64,000 nucleotides of DNA from Oculina patagonica (lineage: Eukaryota), in NCBI RefSeq assembly GCF_052425735.1, contig NC_135763.1, forward strand, positions 33,914,001 to 33,978,000, given 5' to 3'. Shown here piece by piece: positions 47,874-57,540 of the stretch. The translations under genes and the position numbers were made by a program. The first letter of the stretch is position 1. Each line of letters begins with the position of its first letter. The notes under the pieces are model-generated. The model saw nothing but the letters and a program-made list of their open reading frames with translations. It was not told where the DNA came from and did no database searches.

Positions 47874-50178
47874 TAATACTGTTAGGGAGATATTCTAAAA
47901 AATTGTTTACCACAAGATGTCTTCCAAATTGAACCTTGCTATCATGGTTAAAATAAACTCACTACAACACATTTTTATATGGAATATGTTATTTTTAGGC
48001 CTTATTTTGAATAGAATAGAATGGTAGTGGCCTGCCATCTTACAATTTTTTATGTTATGTTTATATTAGCTGACTGATGTTTAACTGATCTTTTTAAACC
48101 AACAATTGACAGCTGTGACTACTCTTTTTCTTGTAAACCAGTGTTCAAATGAGGGGACGCAGTCCAGAGGACTACCACTAAACTAACCAGTAACCAAGAG
48201 ACAAGGAGTTTCTAATAATACCTCTCTTTATTGCTTAATTTACGGATAGATACATGCATTAAGTCAATAAATACACTCTGATGGTTAATTTTGCCAAGTA
48301 CTTGTGGTCCAGCTGCATCTGCAAAATATTAAATGCAAAATACATCACCAAATATAAATAAATAAAATATGCTATGAAACGCAAAGCAAAAATAGTTCTG
48401 TGCATTCGAAAGGAACGAATTTCGTTCGTATATGATTTCTCTTCCAGCAGCATTTTAACCACCTGTTAAGGAAGGACTCCAAAGCCAGTGTTTTAAGCCG
48501 AATACCACATCAAAAATTCGTGATTTTGATATTCAAAGAAGTTCTTGCCCTTTCAAATCGAGTCAGCCTACGAAGCAGACCTACGAGCGAATATCGCGGA
48601 ATCAAATGCTGACATTTTTCTTTTGATAAGGTCCATGTAAACAAAATTTGGCAGACCTAAACTTTAACTCATCTTCAACTAATCAGCAGTTTTTCTTTTC
48701 CAGTGGACAGCATTCCTGTTATTTCTAAAGGCTGACAAACTTGTGGTTTCTAAAGCTGAATTGCATGGGAAATTGAAATTGTACCATCAGGCACCGTGCC
48801 GACTTGGATAATTTAATCGGTGGTACACCTTGAAAACGTCTAAAACTCTGCCAACGTAAAGTATACAAGTGGAACTTTCACTAGCTGATCGGAATTCAAA
48901 ATTGCGAAACAGTAAAATATAATCAGATTTTATGAACACCAAACTCTCGAGCTCTTGACAATAGAAAATGTTTTTGGCATTTTTGTCGAGTGATACTGTC
49001 AATTTGTGAGCACAAGATACACAATTTTACGCGATACTTGCGAGGCTAATTAAATCAAACTTAATTAAGTTAAAGTTACAGGAGCCAGTTAAAAATTTAA
49101 CTTACCCGTAAAACAAACGTCTCTTGGTTTCGTTCCTATACGTATGGCGTGGGAATTTCGTCTTAACTCTTTTTCATCTTGATTATTGTTAACACAAAAA
49201 AGCGAACGGCATTATCGGCGCTTAAAACAAAATTGGGTTGTGATCCCAAACGAAGTTCTCTTACTTCAGCTTGAATTACTCTTCTCATTGAAGTTGTCGT
49301 AACTTTTTGTCATATCTGCCCGGAATCTTTTCCTTTCGAAGTTGAAGTCAAAACACCTTGGAAGCTTCCCGAGTCGCAAGCACAATTTTGGATAGCCAAT
49401 CCTCGGCCACAATATATTTTACACACCATCCGATACCATCTACCAATCACCAAGCTCGATATATCACCCTGCACCAGGGCTGTTTGTCGGGGGCACCACG
49501 CGGACAGTCCTGGGGACGAGGTTGGTCGTCGGTTGGTCGCGTTTCGTCACCTTCGAGCTTCGCCATCTTCTAGCAGCATTTCGTTTTCCGGTTTTGGTTT
49601 ACGCGTGTTCACAGATTTGTTCGAGCGGTTTGTCTGCTTTAAGTGATATTTGAAGCAGTTGTTAGTAATACGTCGAAAGATTTCGAGCAATTGGTTTCGT
49701 GTTCTTGACTACGTGTGTTCCAAGAGCTGGTTCGAGCGTCAACGTTTGCTTTCGGGGGTTTGTATCGTATACGAGTAATAAACAAAAATGTAATACAGGG
49801 TAATTCGTTTCGCTAACAAACTGTCAGATTATTTGATCCAAAGAGTGGGTTGAATAAGAATCAAAAATTGTTTTCTCGAATCTTTGAACTGTGTCATATT
49901 TTGTTACTCGCGGAATTTTTAGGCTTTTTGGCCTGGAAATTATTGTTAGTATTAAAGTTAATTTTGAATGTTATAAGCCAGGAAATAAGCTTGCGTGTTG
50001 TCACCACGAATAACGTGTTGTGTGTATTTCCGCTAGGTTAATATTTCCGCGCGCTAGGTAATATATTCGACTTGAACTTGTGAATTAATATTTTTAGGAT
50101 TCAACGGTGTCACACAACAAGAAATTCCGCAGCAAACAATGTCATGACAACAAAAGACTCCACTAATCCTAGATTATT

Positions 50179-50394
50179 CAGGGTCAGCCAGGGTTTTTGG
50201 GTATACGGTATACAGGGCAATTTTAAATTGGGTATACAGTATTTTACGCTAAAATTGGGCCTTTGTGGGTATTAAGTATACTGCGATTTCCCAAATTTTG
50301 GTATTTTGAATGATTTTGGGGGAAAAATTTGGGTATACTGGGAACAGGTTTTTCAGGTATATTGGTATACCACTTACCCCCCTGGCCGACCCTG
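50179..50394. mobile_element. CAGGG-terminal MITE with 6-bp TSD
   Basis: CAGGGTCAGCCAGGG...CCCTGGCCGACCCTG; TSD ATTATT; empty site at ~40493-40507 (CTAGATTATTGCTG); sister copy 58067-58283. Confidence 0.85.
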
Positions 50395-50610
50395 ATTATT
50401 GCTGTAAAACAAATTATAAAAAGGCGGGGGCAGCTTTATAGTGAGAACTATTACTAGTAAGTAGAAGACAATAGAGATCATACATAATTAATTATTCTGC
50501 ATGCATACTAATGTTGGGGCTGTGCGGAAATTCTTTCGAAAAAAGTTCACGTAATTATGCAAACACGCTTGTAAGTAACGCAATCCTCTGTCACATGCCT
50601 GCTACAAAAC

Positions 50611-51723
50611 ATGGCGAGCGCGAAAAACTACGATTACCTCGTCAAGATTGTGTCTGTCGGAGATTTGGGGGTGGGGAAGTCTTCTATAGAAATACGATTC
50701 GTCGAAAACAGGTTCAGTCCGCATTTGTTCTCGACAATAGGCTGCGATCTCAGGATTAGATTTCTGAAGCTCGGTAAGTAGATCATGCATGACTCATGAG
50801 GAAATATATACAGCAAGTCGGTTGTTAGTTTTGCGATGTCTCGAAATACCCAGAAAATAGTCAAGGAAAGAAATATTCTTTTAATGTTTGTTTCAATTTC
50901 TGAAGATGATTTAAATATTTTCGCCCATCCATAGATCACTGACTTCCTGTGAACACATTTGGAACTAATGTGAAATTGACATTAATTCGCAATTGTTTCG
51001 ATCAAGAAAGATTGTTTCGCCTCGAGGCTTCGTCCTGTATTTTGTCTAAGTTTTTTTATTCATATCACATACGTTTTAATGCTAGAACGATCTTTGCTTA
51101 TTGTTTCTTTCGGCTGAGAAAAATCACGCACCGTTTAGGGAAGGTGCGTTTTTTTTCCTGGCGAGGGAGGACTAGCATGGGGACATCAGTGAAAGGGAGG
51201 GGAGGGTAATAGCTCTTTATAAGCTGGCTATTATGGAGAATTCAAGGGGAGGGTCACACATCTTTCCCAGTATTTTTTAATGAGAATTTTGGTGATTCTG
51301 CTTTCCATTTTTTTAACAGATGAAGTTCTTCTTTCCCCTACTTTGATTTAATTTGTTGTATTACTATAGCTGCAAGGATACATTTCTACATGTATATAAT
51401 TATGCCATAGCACATAGTTTTCTCGGAGGACTTGTGTACTTTTCCGTCCTTATCAAGACATACAATTTCTTGTTGTTGACTATTCACTGCCTGATCTACT
51501 GAGTCGTTTAGTTCTGCGCTCCACCCTATAAAACGTAAACTACTCACTATAAAATCATAAATGTAAACAATGTTGTGAGGTTTCTACAGCATGGAACATA
51601 TATGTACAATGATGTAATGTATATGAAATTTTTCATATATGAACTGCGGATGGATATGAAAGTGATAAATGATCGTCGCAGTGAATTTCCAATTTAAGAA
51701 ATTGGATGCATCGCACCGGTATC

Positions 51724-51757
<34 letters not shown>

Positions 51758-54355
51758 TGAACTTTTTTAGGCTTCTTTATTCCAATTGCTTAAATTGGAA
51801 ATTCACTGCGACGATCATTTATTACTTTCATATCCATCCGCAGTTCATATATGAATTATTTCATATACATTACATCATTTCACTCCTCTCACGGGTAAAA
51901 ATGAATATGAATTCACAATTGACCTCGCTCCCAATGTGTGGCTTCAATAGCTCAGTTAGTAGAGCATCGCACCGGTATCGCGGAGGTCACGGGTTCAAAT
52001 CCCGTTGAAGCCCTGAATTTTTTTCAGGCTTCTTTATTCCAATTACTTAAATTGGAAATTCACTGCGACAATCATTTATCACTTTCATATATGTACAATG
52101 TAGTAGTGAAGGAAGGGTCGTACTTTTGTCAGTCACCTAAAGGTTGAGGGGGGGGGGGGGGTCAGGAGTTTTTATCATTAAAATGCAGGGGAGGTCCAAC
52201 CCTTTTATTGAAAAGAAAAAAATTCCTAGCCACCCCCCCTCCCCAACCCCAAGAAAAAACGTACCTTCCCTTATTATCTAACAAATGTATATAGATCCCG
52301 GCCTTCCCCCAGCCAACGGGTTCCCCCAGGATTAAAGAGTTTCTCTCAGATTTTAGAAAGGCTTTCCTAGGCCAAAAAACCTATTACCGGTATCACAATA
52401 TGCTTGATAAAAGTAAAAAAAGTAAATGTTGTAAATTTGTCTGTGGTTGTATGTAAAGCGATTGATTTGTTTGTTAACTTTTGATTATTTTTTTAGGGGA
52501 AAAGATAATCAAGCTACAAATTTTCCATACTCAGGGACAGGAAAGGTAAAGTAGTCTCTCCGAGATAACATGAGTTTTACTACAACCCCCCCCCCCCCCC
52601 ACCGGGGATGATTCTGTCTATTGACACGGCTGGAAATGCAGTAAATACCCTCTATCCTCCGCAGAGGTTCCCGATGGGGCATTCGTTGTAAAAATTCGCT
52701 GGGCAAAGTGAGTGCAGGCGCAAAAGATAGAGATCCACTTCGCTCCAATCTCGAGCCCAGAGTCCGTCAGTCAGCGGTATTGGACGGATGTCCCGGCGAC
52801 CTTACCGATGAGCAACCGCTGACAGATCGAGGAGCCGGGGGACACTCTGGGCTCGAGATAGACTTTCTCATTTTATTTCGCTTGCGCTCTTTTCGTACAG
52901 CGGACTCTCCCCACCGAAAACCTCTCTGGGGAGCCTCTGCGGAGGAGAGAGGTAAATACCGTGTGGCACTCACTTTCTGCAGATTCTAATTCTTTTGCCA
53001 AATCTCGAACCCAGATCTTCTCAACCCTCGGAGAGAACATCTGGTAATTATGGGTTAGAGACTGTTGTGAGTGTTTTGTTGACAAATACACGCACGCGCT
53101 GGTCGCACAATAAACGAGAAAATTTCAATACTGCACTGCTGGCCTCACAATGAACTCGTGCAGTATTGAAAGTCTCTAACCCATAAATATTGCTCGCGTC
53201 AAATGTGTCAGAAGTCTGACACACAACGCGACTACGCATGCTCGGCAATTTTTTGGATGAAAGGCTCACTTGGCCGCTGTAAATAGGTCACGGTAATTAA
53301 CGGCAGTCAATCTAGACTACAAACAGAGAAATTTGGCGTACCACAAGGATCTGTTCTTGGTCCTCTACTTTTTGCATTGTTCTGCAGCGATCTGCCAAAT
53401 ATAACCGATGGTAGTGAAGGAGAGCTACACATGTATGCTGATGACACAACCATCTACGTCGCCGCCACAAGTCCGGACAAGGTAGCCACCGTGCTAAATT
53501 ACATCTTACGGAAATTATATCGCTGGTGTTGTCAACATTGATGACACCACACCCGGAAAAAAACGAATATATGCTGTTATATCGAAGATCGTTTACTGGC
53601 CCTTTACAAAGCATTAAGCTTGGGGAAAATAACATTAGGCAAGGACAGTGCGCTCAAATAGAACATTCATGTCAAAGAACTGTGTAAACGTTTCACCCAG
53701 AAACTGAACCTTTTGAGATCATTGTATTTTTGCCAATTCCTGCGAGAATTGACTTTTATTTTAAAGTAATTTTACCATCTTTTATGTACGGTATGGTAGT
53801 CTGGGGGTCGTGTGGCTCAACACTTTTCAGGGACTTAGAAAAAATCCATGTGCATGCCACCAAGTTAATTTTCGACTTAGACTGGTTCACCCCATCAGAA
53901 GACGTACTGCGTCAAGCAAAGTGGATACTATTTAGGCAAATGTACATCCGCAGGGTACTTTGTTTTGTCTTCAAATGTGTATCTGGAGGTGTTCCTGTCC
54001 AATTACAACGTGCGGAAACAAAGTTTGCATCATCCGCGCGCAAATGCTGAAGCTTTCCATCAGCCAATCAGATTGGCGAACTGAACGCATTTGACCAGAT
54101 GTGTACTACCGTGGTAAATAGGCATCTGGGTACGAGATTATCTTTTGCCATATGGTGCAGTTTCCTTCACATGTGCCAGTTTTTTTCCCGCCAACACGCT
54201 CCCACCCAACCCAACCTCCAGTTGTTTCCCGTCACAGCTACCTGTTTTCCCGCCATAATACCGGTGTTGTCTGTTGTGTCCGTCAGTTTCCAAGTTTTCT
54301 CGCTATAAAGAGTGACAGCACAGTTGGTTTTTCCGCCATCAATCAATCAATCAAT

Positions 54356-54430
<75 letters not shown>

Positions 54431-55735
54431 CGATTTAAATTAAGTAAAAAGAGAAAACTTCCATATCATATCGACGTCCGTCAAAACTTCTATTTCGGTT
54501 TCCCGCTGCATGAAAACCTGTGGGACAGAGGTCCAAAATTCATAAGTTTGAAAAAAGTATTTCTCAGTATTTGCACAGGTAGCCCAGGTTCGATATATGA
54601 GTAGCTTATTTATGATGACCGTTGCATTATTCTGATTATTAAGTAATTCGAGCGATTTTCATTATTACAAGGATTTGTATGGGGAAATAAATAAAACCGA
54701 AAAAGTAACTGTTGAATTACAATATAAACTGCTCATCTGAACTCCTGTGTTGATTTGTTTGAGTTACGGCTCCAACGGTTTCTTCTCCATATATGGAGAA
54801 AAAACCGTTGGGACCGGCAAAGAAATCGCTCCAAATCCGCTTTTAAACCACACAGTTCACACAAAGAACAACATAGGAGTTCAGGTGAGTGATTTTTATT
54901 AGAATTCCAATGTTATTTTTCATAATTTTCGGCTTTATTTATTCCCCATACAAATCCTTATAAAAATGCAAATCGCTCGAATTATTATTATTACTGGCAC
55001 CAAGGGTACATTTCTAACAGTCAAGTACTATTTTAAAATTAGAGGTGATTTTGTTTTCAGTTCGAGCTGAAATCACATTCCATTTTGTCCCCTAGATTTG
55101 ATTTTATGAGAAAAGATTTCTTCCGTGGGGCCAGTGAGGCTCATGTATAAAATTGTGACAATAATAGGCTTGAAATGAAGTACAAAAACAAAACTGTCAA
55201 AACTTCTATTTGCAGAACAGCCTGCAGAACAATTTCTATTTAAAGTACTATTTTAAAATAACTGATGATTTGTTTTCAGTTCAAGCTTATATTTCATCCC
55301 ATTTTGTTCTTTAGATTCAATACCCTCCCAACAGCTTATTACCGTGGGGCCAGGGGTATCTTGGTGGTGTATGACGTCACCAACGAGAAATCCTTTCATA
55401 ACATCTCAAAGTGGATGAGAAAAATCGAGGAGCACGCGATCGAGGATGTGGAGAAAATTCTGGTTGCAAACAAATGTGACCTTGAGGAAGAGAGAGTAAT
55501 TACGAAAGAAAGAGGAGAGATGCTAGCCCAAAATCACGGCATTCGATACGTGGAGACCAGCGCACTTACAGGCGAAAATATCGAACAAGCTTTTACTCTT
55601 CTAACGCAAGACATTTTGAACAAAGTACTCTTGACGCCTGTTAAAGAGGAGAATATGAAAGATGGGAAGGACAAGAAGAAAAGAGTGAACTTGAAGGGAT
55701 CAAGCTCGCCTCATAAGTCATGCTGTTGTCATTAA
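50611..55735 (+). CDS. Divergent, chimeric Rab8/10/13-family GTPase, copy D, 210 aa
   Basis: Exons 50611-50773, 52497-52545 and 55315-55735 in frame; GDLGVGKS, TIGCDL, QIFHTQGQER, NKCD, ETSA, C-terminal SCCCH. Confidence 0.85.
51138..52270. mobile_element. PIF/Harbinger-type MITE (TTA TSD) in Rab D intron 1
   Basis: TTA|GGGAAGGTGCG...CGTACCTTCCC|TTA; absent from the homologous Rab F intron (~61540). Confidence 0.8.
51612..52085 (+). repeat. tRNA-like tandem + inverted repeat insertion with 15-bp flanking direct repeat
   Basis: Cloverleaf-like 51940-52012; ~256-bp period (51708/51964); ~51608-51706 is inverted relative to 51781-51879; CATATATGTACAATG at 51597-51611 and 52086-52100. Confidence 0.75.
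52650..52951. mobile_element. MITE with 9-bp TSD and a nested smaller IR element
   Basis: CTCTATCCTCCGCAGAGG...CCTCTGCGGAGGAGAGAG; TSD GTAAATACC; inner ATCTCGAGCCCAGAGT/ACTCTGGGCTCGAGAT. Confidence 0.7.
53230..54010 (+). pseudogene. Decayed LINE reverse-transcriptase fragment in Rab D intron 2
   Basis: GVPQGSVLGPLLF (~53335-53375), YADDTT (~53454), downstream FYFKVILPSFMYGMVVWG; multiple frameshifts. Confidence 0.8.
54338..54429. repeat. (ATCA)n microsatellite
   Basis: About 22 ATCA units. Confidence 0.95.
54644..54988. mobile_element. Fold-back MITE-like inverted repeat
   Basis: TAATTCGAGCGATTT..AAGGATTTGTATGGGGAA mirrored by TTCCCCATACAAATCCTT..AAATCGCTCGAATTA. Confidence 0.65.
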
Positions 55736-57476
55736 AAAGTTCTATGAATGTTCACTGTTCTACCCAATTTTCCAGAAATAGGCCCTATCACAGTTTTCGA
55801 CGCCATTTTGACGAGTAGGCAAAGCGGGTAGATATTACAGTGTTTGTACGGGAATCCGACGGCAAATATCTTCTAGAAAAATTGAATTCTGAACAACTCA
55901 TGAATTGTAAAGTTAAAATACTAGGGAAAAGTTTTTATTCGAATGTATATGTAGTTGGGCTAGAAAGCGTTCAGTTACGTTTTTAATTTCCCATACATTT
56001 GTTTATATTTTTCTGCATGATTGACGCGGTTCGCGGGAAAAATTTTTACTTAGCTAAGACATAGAACACGAAGTTTTCTTATCAGTTTCATGTAGCGCTT
56101 AATAAATTAAATTAATACAGCCATTAATTGCATCTGGTCGAAATGTTTAAATTAAAGGGCCTTTTAAAAACCTAAATGACAGATTTTTATACCCTTTCGT
56201 AACCTAAACTAGTGGAATCCCAACCCTTTTATATACCTAAAGCTTGAAATAGGTACACCTTTCAGACAGAGTCTCCCTGCCCTAGTCCCTTCTCCTCCTT
56301 GTAGGTATCCTGAAATTTGTGATCCAGCTGTCATTTTGTGATTTGTTGGCCGGAAAAGTGCAAACAGATTGCCAATTCTATATATTGACTAAACGCAGGA
56401 GCTAAACGTCGTATACAACGAACGCCGATCCGTGCTTTTTTTTTGGTCCAAATCCGTCAATCCGCCACTATTTTCGTTTCAATCCAAATATGCATTCAGT
56501 TAAAAACTTTGTGTGATATAGTTTCACTGTAAGAGACGTAGTTGTTGTTTTTTTATGCCAGTTTTTTTTTTTGAGATGTTTCGTTTCATTGCTTGTTTTA
56601 GCGACAATTCACGCGCAATTCTGCAATATACAGACCGAACTTTTGTTTCGTTTAGTATCAACGAGCCTAACTTCCTGCCATGTTAAGTCCGGAATCCGGA
56701 CCAAAATTATTCGCTTATGCTCGATTCCGCTCGATGTATCCCAAAAATCCACATTTCGAGCAACCGCCAACCTATTCACCTCGCCCCCACCCCCCCCCCC
56801 CCCAGCATAAAGCTGGTAGCTATAATGTGCATAACAGAAATTTATATTAAAATTTGTACATAATTTGTATTTAAACGATTTCAAATTTCACATTTCCCTG
56901 GTTCCAGAGGTCTTTCTTTTCTAAGCAACGAAAACGACAGCACTCATGATCATGAGAGGGGAGGGGGGGGGGGGGGGAAGGTACAGAATAGGGAAGATTG
57001 AGAAATGGCCAAAAAAATTAGGGAGGAAAGACAACATCGTTCCCAGGGCTTTTCCCTTGGTGATTTGGAACGGGCTAAAAAAGTAGGGAGATTGGAAAAA
57101 TTTTAGCTTAAAAAGTAGGCAGGAGGAAGAATTTAGCACGAAAAGTAGGGAGGAGGGAGAAATTGGCGCAAAATGTAGGGAGGAGGGAGAAATTAAAGGG
57201 AGTTTACCCTCCTGTCCCTCCCCTATCTTATGACTGGTCCGCCCTGAAGAAACGCAGCAAAATATACAGAATATAATTCAAAACCTGTATGATGACAATT
57301 TATATGCCATCAAAAGGTGGCTGGCTGAAAAGGTGCTACAATTAAAATGAACATTTGCCAAGAAACGGTACGAGCGCGAATGGAAATTGAAATATTTTGA
57401 ATATCGGGAAGCATTTGCCAGCGAATAGAACAGTACTCACGTAACCTGAAATCATGCCCTCCCTACCAGGTTTTAC

Positions 57477-57540
57477 TCACGTGATTATGCAAACTCACTT
57501 GTATGTAACGCAATCCGCTGTCACATGCGTGTTACAAAAC
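57477..57540 (+). promoter_or_regulatory. Conserved upstream block of Rab C/D/E with E-box-like sites
   Basis: TCACGTRA-TATGCAAAC-..-GTAACGCAATCC-CTGTCACATG-..-ACAAAAC-ATG at ~40626, ~50547 and 57477; GTCACGTAAC upstream of Rab F (~60700). Confidence 0.5.

Larger units (their letters stand above)
43563..49524 (+). mobile_element. AcademH-like DNA transposon (decayed) with RecQ-helicase remnant
   Basis: ~58-bp imperfect TIR CAACCTCGTCCCCAGG(G/A)CT(A/G)TCCGCGTGGT; candidate 9-bp TSD GTCGCGTTT (43554-43562; 49536-49544 after an 11-nt stutter); internal RecQ motifs. Confidence 0.75.

Noticed and set aside
51940-52012. Functional tRNA-Thr(GGT) gene
   Set aside because: C at position 33, a mismatch in the anticodon stem, an anticodon not normally used in eukaryotes, and embedding in a repeated insertion; treated as a tRNA-like repeat.
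57454-57540. N-terminal extensions of Rab E/F and paralog 1 suggested by the ORF track
   Set aside because: Homology among copies and acceptor positions place the starts at 57541, 60739 and 20347.
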